From assembly GCF_001194135.2 (NCBI RefSeq), contig NC_069005.1, forward strand, positions 22,708,666 through 22,741,098: a stretch of 32,433 bases of DNA. The letters run 5' to 3'. Origin of the DNA: Octopus bimaculoides. Its lineage: Eukaryota. Of the stretch, positions 22,091 to 32,433 are shown in pieces; position 1 is the first letter of the stretch; every line of letters begins with the position of its first letter. The notes below the pieces were generated by a model, which searched no databases, was not told where the DNA came from, and was given only the letters and a program-made list of their open reading frames with translations. The position numbers and the translations under genes were made by a program.

Positions 22091-22498
22091 NNNNNNNNNN
22101 NNNNNNNNNNNNNNNNNNNNNNNNNNNNNNNNNNNNNNNNNNNNNNNNNNNNNNNNNNNNNNNNNNNNNNNNNNNNNNNNNNNNNNNNNNNNNNNNNNNN
22201 NNNNNNNNNNNNNNNNNNNNNNNNNNNNNNNNNNNNNNNNNNNNNNNNNNNNNNNNNNNNNNNNNNNNNNNNNNNNNNNNNNNNNNNNNNNNNNNNNNNN
22301 NNNNNNNNNNNNNNNNNNNNNNNNNNNNNNNNNNNNNNNNNNNNNNNNNNNNNNNNNNNNNNNNNNNNNNNNNNNNNNNNNNNNNNNATGTAGGCTCGAA
22401 ATGTCAAAGACTTTTCCATTCTTCCCGATTGTCAAACTAATACATCTGCTTGTTAGTTCTTCAGCTGTCTTCGTCTTTTGTTTTCTGTAAATTCGAAC

Positions 22499-22534
<36 letters not shown>

Positions 22535-23103
22535 TTATTTCTAAATCTCTCAAAGAGAGACATTCAGTAATAGTTCTTTAAAGTAAGTGCTATTTACCAA
22601 CATAATGTGGCTGTCCCAAAAGGGACAATGTTACTGTTGTTTTAGCCCTAAGAAACATTGTTTCTAGCTGGCTGTATGACACACTATCTGTGTCACACTA
22701 TCTGTGTCCTTATATTTTCGAACAGGGAGCTCAGCATTCCCATCAAGTGCAAAACAACATCTGTGGACTAGTTTCTGGGTTATTGCCCTTTATCAACACA
22801 GAATAGCTGCTTTAGCCAGATGGTGTTGCTGGATTCACCATTTGAACATATATGGCTGGTTTAAAGGCTAAAAGATTAATGATTTTGATTATAGGACAGC
22901 AGCCATGCTGGAGCACTGCCTTTCTGTGACAGCATCCTTCACCCCTACCACCCACTGAAAATTGGATGTTGCGATAATAGTGATGATTGTGATAATAGTG
23001 GTGGTGGCAGTAGTAACAGTGGTAGGCTGCTGCTGCTGCTGATAATGACAATATGATGATGATGATGATGATGATATAAAATACCTCCAAAGTTTTTACT
23101 TAC

Positions 23104-23159
23104 AGTACATTGTGCTATCTATCATTCCATTTGATGCTGCAATTGCTTCATACTGTGAG
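23104..23159 (-). CDS. USH1C: Harmonin linker exon (S-SQYEAIAASNGMIDSTMY-F), 56 nt
   Basis: Acceptor tttcag right at a gap edge, donor gtaagt; open frame; phases fit. Confidence 0.75.
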
Positions 23160-24194
23160 CTGAAANNNNNNNNNNNNNNNNNNNNNNNNNNNNNNNNNNN
23201 NNNNNNNNNNNNNNNNNNNNNNNNNNNNNNNNNNNNNNNNNNNNNNNNNNNNNNNNNNNNNNNNNNNNNNNNNNNNNNNNNNNNNNNNNNNNNNNNNNNN
23301 NNNNNNNNNNNNNNNNNNNNNNNNNNNNNNNNNNNNNNNNNNNNNNNNNNNNNNNNNNNNNNNNNNNNNNNNNNNNNNNNNNNNNNNNNNNNNNNNNNNN
23401 NNNNNNNNNNNNNNNNNNNNNNNNNNNNNNNNNNNNNNNNNNNNNNNNNNNNNNNNNNNNNNNNNNNNNNNNNNNNNNNNNNNNNNNNNNNNNNNNNNNN
23501 NNNNNNNNNNNNNNNNNNNNNNNNNNNNNNNNNNNNNNNNNNNNNNNNNNNNNNNNNNNNNNNNNNNNNNNNNNNNNNNNNNNNNNNNNNNNNNNNNNNN
23601 NNNNNNNNNNNNNNNNNNNNNNNNNNNNNNNNNNNNNNNNNNNNNNNNNNNNNNNNNNNNNNNNNNNNNNNNNNNNNNNNNNNNNNNNNNNNNNNNNNNN
23701 NNNNNNNNNNNNNNNNNNNNNNNNNNNNNNNNNNNNNNNNNNNNNNNNNNNNNNNNNNNNNNNNNNNNNNNNNNNNNNNNNNNNNNNNNNNNNNNNNNNN
23801 NNNNNNNNNNNNNNNNNNNNNNNNNNNNNNNNNNNNNNNNNNNNNNNNNNNNNNNNNNNNNNNNNNNNNNNNNNNNNNNNNNNNNNNNNNNNNNNNNNNN
23901 NNNNNNNNNNNNNNNNNNNNNNNNNNNNNNNNNNNNNNNNNNNNNNNNNNNNNNNNNATATATATATATATATATATACATACATACAAACAGTGCTGTT
24001 TATGTGCCACTGGCACAGGGGCCAGTCAGGCAGCACTGGCATTGACCAGTATTGGCATCACCCACGACAATAATTTCACTTGACTCAACAGGTCTTCTCA
24101 AGCACAGCATATTGCCCAATGATTGAAGGGTACTCTTAAATGGGCCAGTCATGCAACACTGGCATAGACTACGGCTACAGTCTCACTTGGCTTG

Positions 24195-25520
24195 CCGGGT
24201 TACTTCTGTTACTATTAACCAGGGTAGTTTGTACTGTATATTTTGTGATTTGAGATTATGGATATGTGTAGCTGGTGAAGTAGAAAATTTGGTTTTTGGG
24301 TTAATAAAAGAATTAAGATGTGCATGATATCTACACTTAAAGTCTACTGTGCTCCCAATATATATCATTGCCTTGTGGTTTTGGGGTGTCATCACAGTGC
24401 ATTTATATATCACATTTTTGCATAAGCAAAAACCTTCAAGAGGGCATAAATTGGATGCACACCAGTTACAGGATTTTTCGTTTGTTTGATGGAATATCTT
24501 CCTTGTGAGGCTAATTTAGGTCGACATGTCGTCGGTAAGGGTGAATCTAAGTTGGAGTTTATAACATAATTGGAAGGAATGGTTATGTTGGAACTGGCAT
24601 TCATTATTTGGTAATTAGGGTTGTGGGATACTGTCCTCATTTTAGAATTACTTAGCCTAGGAAAGGTGTTAATAGCTGTGGTACTATTATTGTCTGGATC
24701 CAATTGGGGTGCTATATAGGGGTTTATATGTTCAACCGACTGACCTTGGAGTTTGAGACTATTGAGAGCAGCTATGATAGATCCAAGGTTAGGTGTGATG
24801 GAGTATGATATTTTTATAGAAGATTTATTGAAAATGAAGTAATAATGCTGTGGTGGAAAGTTTAATTTAAAAATTAAAAAAAATAATTTTGGTAATGATC
24901 TGACCTGGAGGGAGAAAGGTGATGTGAACCATATAATTTCATGTTTTATGGAGGTAGGTCTTTTTAAATGTCTGTTTATAGTGGGCTGATCAAAATAGGG
25001 AAATTTAAAGTTATCACAGGACTGAGGGTGCCAATGGTGCTGATGTATGTAATTTGAAAGCAGTCTTCTTGTGTTGTTTAACTGGTGAGAAGAGGAAGTC
25101 ATAGTCATGTAGCTAAGGTTATTATCCAGGAAGAGGTGTGCTATTTTATTCTTGAAATTAGTATTATGTATGCAGAGGATTTTTCCCCGGAAGCCACTTA
25201 TTTTGAGGGCCTGGTTGTAATAAGTTGCATGAGTGTGGAAAATATCCTCATTGGCTGAAAGATTAGATATTCTGAGATTCCTGTGATAACACTACTGATG
25301 GTGATTTTGGGGTGATTGGAGAGCATATTAATACACTACAATGATTGGTTAGGTTTATGATAGGGGTAGTATAAGCCAGTATGTAGATTAATAGTAACAT
25401 CTAAAAAGTTTTCTACTTTAGTATCAGTTTCAAAAGAGATATTAAGATTAAAATTAAAAAAAAAATTTACTCAGTAGTTTTTTGTACGTTTCACCAATTG
25501 TAGAGGTAGAAAATTAAGTG
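24195..25520 (-). mobile_element. Decayed Penelope-like element (RT C-terminal part plus GIY-YIG), possibly Naiad-type
   Basis: NFLDVTINLHTGLYYPYHKPN, SNHP, NQALKISG, EIIWFTSPFS...KISYSITPNL, DFKCRYHAHLNSF...KFST; multiple stops and frameshifts. Confidence 0.88.
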
Positions 25521-25640
25521 CAACAAGCGCATGATCTCTATATAATCCACCTAATATTTTGGAAAATTGCTGTTTACATCAGTGTGTGTTTGTGTGTATA
25601 TGTATATATGTGTATATATATGTGTATGCGTGTGTGTATG

Positions 25641-25685
<45 letters not shown>

Positions 25686-25716
25686 NNNNNNNNNNNNNNN
25701 NNNNNNNNNNNNNNNN

Positions 25717-25775
<59 letters not shown>

Positions 25776-26088
25776 AGGTTTCTCTCAGTTTCTGTCAAAC
25801 AAATTTCTCTGTCGCTTACAACAACAGCGATTCCAGTTGATCTGATCAACGGAACAGCCTGCTTGTGAAATCTACATGCAAGTGGCTGAGCACTCCACAG
25901 ACACACATACCCTTAATATATATCCTCAGAGAGATTTGGCATGACTCAGAATGTGACAAGTCTGGCCCTTTGCTCAAGGACACAATGTGCCACTGAGATT
26001 CGAACTCATAGTCTTATGATTGTGAGCCAGATACACTAACCACTAAACCATACACTTTCACCTTATAATAATTAGGAAATATGAATAC

Positions 26089-26198
26089 CTTGCGAATTTG
26101 TTTTTTTGAGGAGAGAAGGCCAATTGTGGGATGGCATATATATTATCACCTGAAGAAACTTGCCCTTTGGGATTTGTCTTATCTATCCAAGTTGATGC
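26089..26198 (-). CDS. USH1C: Harmonin linker exon (ASTWIDKTNPKGQVSSGDNIYAIPQLAFSPQKNKFA-S), 110 nt
   Basis: Acceptor ttgtattttcag, donor gtattc; open frame; phases fit both neighbours. No homology recognised. Confidence 0.72.
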
Positions 26199-26663
26199 CT
26201 GAAAATACAAAGATAAACCAAAAATTACACGTGGATATATTCAGACTAGAGTTCACATCTTTGGTATTATCTGGTTGAGACAGTTTTTCTATGGCCGGAA
26301 GCCATTTCTCTTGTCAACCCTCACCTCTTTTCAGGCAACATAATATTTCTCCATGGGGCCAAACATGTATTTCCATAGAAGTCTGTAGAAAACTGGAAAT
26401 GAAATAACATCACTTATACGACTGATGCTCATTTACAATCTTTATATGATGGCATGNNNNNNNNNNNNNNNNNNNNNNNNNNNACACACACACACACTAT
26501 GGGCTTCTTTCAGTTTTCATTTACCAAATCCATTCACGAGGCTTTGGTAGGCCCAGGAACTATAGTAAAAGACACTTGTCCTAGTTGCTATGCAGTGTGA
26601 CTGAACTCCAGAGCATGTGGTTGGGAAGTAAACTTCTTAGACATACAGCTATGCTTGTACCTA

Positions 26664-27210
26664 TATGTATCTCCCTGCTAGTGCTATAAACAAGCGTGCA
26701 TTTTGCACCAAAATCCAATACGAGAGTTTCTCTCATGATATCTCCCACAGCATAGTTTGTTCTCACAGAACATCCACATTTAAATGCGGTTAAATATTAC
26801 CTCTCTGTATTACCTCTGCTGCTAATATATATTTTCTAACAAGCTCACTGGTAAATTGTGACACCAGTGCATGTTCAGACACTGTTATTCTATATATTTC
26901 CGGCGGCGAGATGAGTTACTGCTATCTCTAGCAGTTGAGCAACCATCACCGATGAGACCAAGGAAGGTCGAAATCATGTGATCTGGTGGTCTTAGTGCTG
27001 GAGTTGGTCAGGATTTATCTCCCTGCTAGTGATATAAACAAGTGTGCATTTGGCACCAAAAGCCAATATAAGAGTTTCTCTCATGGTATCTACCACAGTA
27101 TAGTTTGTTCTAACAGAACATCCATATTTAAGTGGGGTTAGATATTACCTCTTGGTATTAATACTGCCTCTGTTGCTAATATATTTTCTAACAATCTCAC
27201 TGGTTAGACA
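26664..27210. repeat. About 190-bp direct duplication (26664-26855 and 27014-27205) with unique spacer
   Basis: tatctccctgctagtg(c/a)tataaacaag...ttttctaacaa(g/t)ctcactgg present twice. Confidence 0.9.
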
Positions 27211-27404
27211 TGACAACCGATGTCGGTGTGTTTATGTCCCCGTAACTTAGTGGTTCAGCTAAAGAGATAAAATAAGTACTAGGCTGACAAAGAATAAGTC
27301 CTGGGGCCGATTTGTTCGACTAATGGTGGTGCTCCTGCATGGCCATAGTCAAATGAATGAAACAAGTAAAAGTGTAAAAGAATAAGTGTACATTTTGTAC
27401 TGAA

Positions 27405-28085
27405 AGCTTCTGTATGATAGCTTCTCACATGGTGGTATCTACTGCAACCCCCATTTCAGGGCCAGATTCACCCCTTCAGCACTGTGTGCAACTCAACCAC
27501 ATTGATGTGGTTGTAATTGTCTGCTTTTCAAAGCCAGGCTGCGTCCTCCACTTTGACGCCTCTGATTTCCAGTACAAGCCCTATCACTATGCTGCTAGCA
27601 TTGCACCATACAGTTCCATTCTCCAATTTGAGCATGTACCAGTTCCCCCATACTAGGTCTTCTGCTCTTGTCCTCTCTAGGGTCTCCTGCATTATCCCCC
27701 TCCCACTTTCTCTTCCCACTTTGCCTTGTCTCCTCATTTCTTGATGTAGCTGCATGCTGTTTGTAGCCATCCTGTGATTGGGTAGTGACTCACTAGTCTC
27801 CCACACATCGAGAATAGTTCCCTCCTGCTGATCTCATTCCACCTCTAAAACACCATTGAGCCTGTTTTATCTCTTTGAAGCTTGAGCCCCAGTGCAGCTC
27901 TTCCAACCATTGGCTCCAGTGGCTTCGCAATCAGCCTGAACTTCTTTAGATGACTTACAACCTCTGTGGTGGATACTACAGTCAGTTGCCTTGCTGCCTG
28001 TGTGGCAATCTCCCAAAAGTTCAGTAGCAGCCTGACTTTGCCTTTTGTTGGCTGCACCACTGCCATTACATGGAACCTTATGTGT
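27405..28085 (-). mobile_element. Decayed Ty3/Gypsy-like pol fragment (RT with internal deletion, plus RNase H)
   Basis: MAVVQPTKGKVR...HLKKFRLIAKP..ALGLKLQRDKTG..RRELFSMCGRLVSHYP..WCNASSIVIGLVLEIRGVKVEDAAWL*KADNYNHINVVEL..VNLALKWGL. Confidence 0.85.
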
Positions 28086-28948
28086 GCGCTTGTGAATGTG
28101 TGCATGTGTACATGCGTATATAGATATATGTGCGGGCATGTGAAAACATGCGCATATAGACGCGTCTAACCTTATGGCTTTTTCACATTTTCTTCTGTAT
28201 TTTGCTTTTAGCCCTATGATGATTTTTTTCTGTGTGTGTGTGTATGGGTGCGAGGTTGTTGAGTGCGTGTGTGTGTATGCGGGTATACCCGTGTATGTGG
28301 GTATACCTGTGTATGCGGGTATATATATGTATATGTACATATATGTATAGTTTTTGGCGAGTATGTGGGTGAGCATGTGTGTGTTTCAAGCGAGGGTGGT
28401 TTAGTATATACGTATAGGTGAATGTACGGATTGGTGCGCTTACGCGAACACTATAGACTTTTCTACTCCCTTACCTTTACCCCTCCCCTTACTTAGTGGT
28501 CTATAGCTCTTTTGTCTTAATAACGGTCAACCTCACAGTAATTTCCCTTTGTTTAATGGTAATTTTTCACAGGAATTTTCAATGGTTGGATAACTGAAGA
28601 GATGTTGGCGTGGGTTCCCACCCCAGCATTCGAAATTCAGAGTTTTATCATGGCTACTGAATAAGTGTCACATATTTTTACAGATAAATTCCTCTATTTA
28701 CATAATATCGAGGNNNNNNNNNNNNNNNNNNNNNNNNNNNNNNNNNNNNNNNNNNNNNNNNNNNNNNNNNNNNNNNNNNNNNNNNNNNNNNNNNNNNNNN
28801 NNNNNNNNNNNNNNNNNNNNNNNNNNNNNNNNNNNNNNNNNNNNNNNNNNNNNNNNNNNNNNNNNNNNNNNNNNNNNNNNNNNNNNNNNNNNNNNNNNNN
28901 NNNNNNNNNNNNNNNNNNNNNNNNNNNNNNNNNNNNNNNNNNNNNNNN

Positions 28949-28980
<32 letters not shown>

Positions 28981-29028
28981 TTTCTATGTGTGTGCATGTG
29001 TTTGAAGTAAAACATAGAAAATACTTAC

Positions 29029-29085
29029 GGCTCCTTTTCTAACCCGCAGCAGAAGATGTTGTGAAGTTTTCAGAGACATAACAGC
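29029..29085 (-). CDS. USH1C: Harmonin exon, end of PDZ2 ([19 protein letters not shown]), 57 nt
   Basis: Acceptor cttccattccag, donor gtaagt; same 19-aa length as recalled human AVNVLKSSRSLTISIVAAA. Confidence 0.93.
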
Positions 29086-29270
29086 CTGGAATGGAAGACA
29101 TGTAAGGTTACTATAACAACAACAGACCACTTGATTAACTCAACAACAACAACAACAACAACAACAACTACTACAGTAACAATGACAACAACAAGAGCAA
29201 CCAATCAGCATGAAAGCCTCAATGCTATTTCTACCAGATCCAACTATCATGTTGTAGAATTTGTTGTTAG

Positions 29271-29306
<36 letters not shown>

Positions 29307-30017
29307 NNNNNNNNNNNNNNNNNNNNNNNNNNNNNNNNNNNNNNNNNNNNNNNNNNNNNNNNNNNNNNNNNNNNNNNNNNNNNNNNNNNNNNNNNNNNNN
29401 NNNNNNNNNNNNNNNNNNNNNNNNNNNNNNNNNNNNNNNNNNNNNNNNNNNNNNNNNNNNNNNNNNNNNNNNNNNNNNNNNNNNNNNNNNNNNNNNNNNN
29501 NNNNNNNNNNNNNNNNNNNNNNNNNNNNNNNNNNNNNNNNNNNNNNNNNNNNNNNNNNNNNNNNNNNNNNNNNNNNNNNNNNNNNNNNNNNNNNNNNNNN
29601 NNNNNNNNNNNNNNNNNNNNNNNNNNNNNNNNNNNNNNNNNNNNNNNNNNNNNNNNNNNNNNNNNNNNNNNNNNNNNNNNNNNNNNNNNNNNNNNNNNNN
29701 NNNNNNNNNNNNNNNNNNNNNNNNNNNNNNNNNNNNNNNNNNNNNNNNNNNNNNNNNNNNNNNNNNNNNNNNNNNNNNNNNNNNNNNNNNNNNNNNNNNN
29801 NNNNNNNNNNATATATATACTCTTTTACAAACCTGTACTTATAAATGTAAATGATATTATACATCATAAGAATCAAGTTGAGAGCAATATTCTGTTTATA
29901 ACTAATAAAGTATGAGGGCCCAAACATTAGTTTGATGTTTACAACAAAAGGCAATCCCCATGAAACAATCTTGTATTAAATCTAATAATGGCCACAGAAA
30001 AAAAACCTTTCACTTAC

Positions 30018-30162
30018 TTGAGAATGGGTAACATCAAGAAAACTGGTTTCATTCACAGATAGAATTTGGTCACCAATTTCCAGGCCAGCTTCTTCAGCCA
30101 AGCTATTTGGCTTCACAGACTGAATGTAAATCCCTTTATAATTCGAAGGGCCACTTGCAATT
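30018..30162 (-). CDS. USH1C: Harmonin exon, PDZ2 core (x-IASGPSNY...DVTHSQ), 145 nt, 1 nt carried in, ends on codon boundary
   Basis: Acceptor ttatttgtcag, donor gtaagt; GLEIGDQI motif typical of harmonin PDZ2. Confidence 0.95.
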
Positions 30163-30234
30163 CTGACAAATAATATGAATAAAACACAAAAGTGAAGTTT
30201 AATTATTCCAAGGTTTGGTAAAGTGGGTGACACT

Positions 30235-30450
30235 GGTTTCAAATTTTGGCAGAAGGCCAGTAAGTCTGAGGGAGGGGATATGTTGATTACATCGATCCCA
30301 GTACTCAGCTGGTACTTATTTTATTGACCTTGAAAGGATGAAATGCAAAGTTGCCCTCAGTGGATTTTGAACTCAGAATGTAAAGGCAGACGAAATGTTG
30401 CTAAGCATTTTGCTTGGCATGCTACTGATTCTGCCAGCTCACTGCCTTAT
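30235..30450 (-). mobile_element. SINE family B copy
   Basis: Same head, central domain and tail as other copies. Confidence 0.75.
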
Positions 30451-31827
30451 GAGGACCTACCATCGATCATGAATGACCATGTGATTGCACCTAGAAAGTT
30501 CCTCTCTGAGGCTCAAGTCTGGGCAAGGTTGTTTATGGAAGACCAGCAGTCGCCCATGCATACCAGCCTCCCTCTCCATGTCACCAATGTTATCCAAGGG
30601 AAAGGCAAAGACCGATACAGTTTGGCACCAGTGACATCACAACTGATTTCTACAGCTGAGTGAACTGGAGCAATGTGAAATAAAGTGTCTTGCTCAAGAA
30701 CCCAACCCAACACACCACCTTATAGCATGGTTAATAGTGAACCCTGGTGTGTGTGTGTGTGTGTCTGTGTGTGTGTGTGTGTGTGTTGGGTCTATGTGGC
30801 TATCCATGGAGTCAAAAAACATTGAAATGATTTGAAGCATCAGGAGTGCTGAATTGTGACAAAGCTGACTCTCAAAGTGTACAGTAATGTACAGCTAAAA
30901 TCCACAAATTTCCAGTCAGATATTAATGTAGTAACTAGTATTCACCAAAGATATAATGGTAATGGAAGCAAAAGAATGAATGCATAAATGTTTTTAAATC
31001 AGTAGATTTTTTTTCTTATCAATTTTAATTTTCGATCTTATTTACATAAAGGGGTGATAAGTTATCAATGACCAAAGTCTTGTAAGTGGATTTGGTAGAC
31101 GGAAACTGAAAGAAGCCTGTCGTATCATCAAATTCATCCTCATAAACTTAACATCCATTTTCCATGCTGGCATGGGTTGGACGGTTTGACCAGAGCTGGC
31201 AAGTAGTAGAGTTGCACCAGGTTCCAGTCTAATATTGCTGGATGCCCTTTCTAATGCCAACCACTTTACAGAGTGTAGTAGGTATTTTTTACATTGGCAC
31301 TGGCACAGGGTTCTTGCAGGTCAATCCTCATCAGCAGAAAGAGCGACATTAACACTTCTTTGGGGCACGGGTGCCATCATTAAAAAGTAAGGATTTATTG
31401 AATAAGATGCTCCTGGAATCTAAGGGTCGGTTATGGCTGGAATAGTTGATTATAGAATTATATATACATATATACATACATATAATATATGCATATATAT
31501 ANNNNNNNNNNCAGAGAACGACTCTTCATCAATTGTTGACTGTCTATCTACTCCTCATTTCGAGCATTCAACGGCAATATGAGTCTTCAAAGACAGTTGC
31601 TCCCATAACTTCCAAAATAAATTTTGGATTTTATGGAGGGTCAAAGTTGGGAACAAAAACAGGACAGTGGAGACATACAAGGAAACCGAACGAAGACAAA
31701 CATAAAAGGTCGTTAGACCAGAAGGAGAAGAAAATAGTGAACGCTGAGAGAAATATTTTCTTTGAAAAGAGAAAAGATAGAAGAGAGAGATAGAAGATGT
31801 CCAGTCCTTAGAACGTCATGTAGGAAA

Positions 31828-31947
31828 ATTCTTATACAAGAATGCTGTTGACAGTGACTTCACTGTTTTGGCTAGTTAAGCAGTATGACAATGGGTTAGC
31901 TGGCTGAAATTTTGAGGTCACTGTCAACAACATTCTTGTATAAGAAT
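31828..31947. repeat. 120-nt near-perfect hairpin (31-bp terminal inverted repeat plus wobble-paired inner stem)
   Basis: attcttatacaagaatgctgttgacagtgac ... gtcactgtcaacaacattcttgtataagaat. Confidence 0.9.
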
Positions 31948-32433
31948 AATATATATATATATATATACATATGTATGCATGTATATAATGAATAAGGAGA
32001 ATTATACTCTGTATATAGCACAACTATATAGTGCTCAAATAGGATATATACGTTAATTTTCATATTTAGATTTTAATTTGGACTTCTCCCTTTGAACTTT
32101 CCATGTAATCTTGTGAGCTTTAATATTAACGCCTCTGATGTGACAAACTGATCCTGTGTGTACAAATTTTTAGGATTTAAATATTGCTGAATATGTATTT
32201 CAATGCATATATTTGCCTCACATGTCGAAATATTTATTTTACATGTATATTTTTATGAAGCAGTTAATGGATTGAAATTTTACTGATTACCCAGAATTTT
32301 GTCTCAAATCCCAAATTATATATATATATATATATATTTTTTTTTCTCCTTATTTTTTCTCCTTTTTTTTTTCTCCTTGTTTCTCTCCTTGTTTCTCTCC
32401 TTATTTCTTTCTGTGTTCCTTTCAGTTGAAGAG

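Larger units (their letters stand above)
5037..30162 (-). other. USH1C: Harmonin (USH1C-like) gene, 3' part: 13 coding exons, PDZ2 - linker - PDZ3 - C-terminal PBM; 5' exons outside window
   Basis: Spliced translation: [67 protein letters not shown] ... FSTKEIGGRQIRKIDIKI NGSLGVALEGGANSPLEGRILVSNIYTGCVYQQG GIHVGDEILMADNVKFTGLTLIQAENILDRGERKLN QTIVFIIAVAPPKSYDEEV TYF*. It aligns by eye with human harmonin as recalled ([59 protein letters not shown]). All 12 introns are GT-AG with matching phases. Confidence 0.93.

Noticed and set aside
28573-28664. Plus-strand exon-like GIFNGWITEEMLAWVPTPAFEIQSFIMATE*
   Set aside because: Isolated, with only vague similarity to UCH-type sequences and no partner exons.
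17125-29954. Long ORFs containing X, YI, HT, CV or poly-M/T runs
   Set aside because: Artefacts of N gaps and di- or trinucleotide microsatellites.
5037-30162. Assignment to whirlin or PDZD7 instead of harmonin
   Set aside because: ISSGP-like PDZ2 start, ALEGGxxSP, AVxPPKxYD(E/D)E and the T(Y/F)F* end, plus exon sizes 57/54/100/110/56, fit harmonin as recalled.
31895-31910. Resemblance of cagccagct to miR-2
   Set aside because: The miR-2 seed (AUCACAG) is absent; a 9-nt match is expected by chance.
1-32433. CRISPR arrays, rRNA, bona fide tRNA genes, prokaryotic operons
   Set aside because: None seen; tRNA-like boxes occur only as SINE heads and the DNA has spliceosomal introns.

Overview
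AT-rich (eukaryotic) draft-assembly DNA with many N gaps and microsatellites. The repeat landscape (tRNA-derived SINEs with internal microsatellites, RTE, R4/Dong, Penelope, mariner) looks like an octopus genome; that is inference, no species check was possible. The main content is the 3' part of a minus-strand harmonin (USH1C-like) gene. I assembled 13 coding exons by hand (30162 to 5037), all with GT-AG boundaries and compatible phases: 991 nt, 329 aa plus stop. They encode most of PDZ2, an acidic linker with no visible coiled coil, PDZ3, and a C-terminal PDZ-binding motif ...PPKSYDEEVTYF*. The 5' exons lie beyond the right edge. Introns hold SINEs, two mariner derivatives, fold-back/MITE-like elements, and Penelope, Gypsy, R4/Dong and RTE fragments. 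Nearly all ORFs in the supplied track are artefacts of microsatellites, gaps or repeats. I found no clearly new biological system. The best leads are candidate microexons (one stop-containing) before PDZ3, a CpG-retaining island in the last intron that could be an alternative terminal exon, promoter or ncRNA, long inverted repeats next to exons (possible ADAR substrates), a 120-nt hairpin, and a dispersed AAGGGAGATAACT motif.
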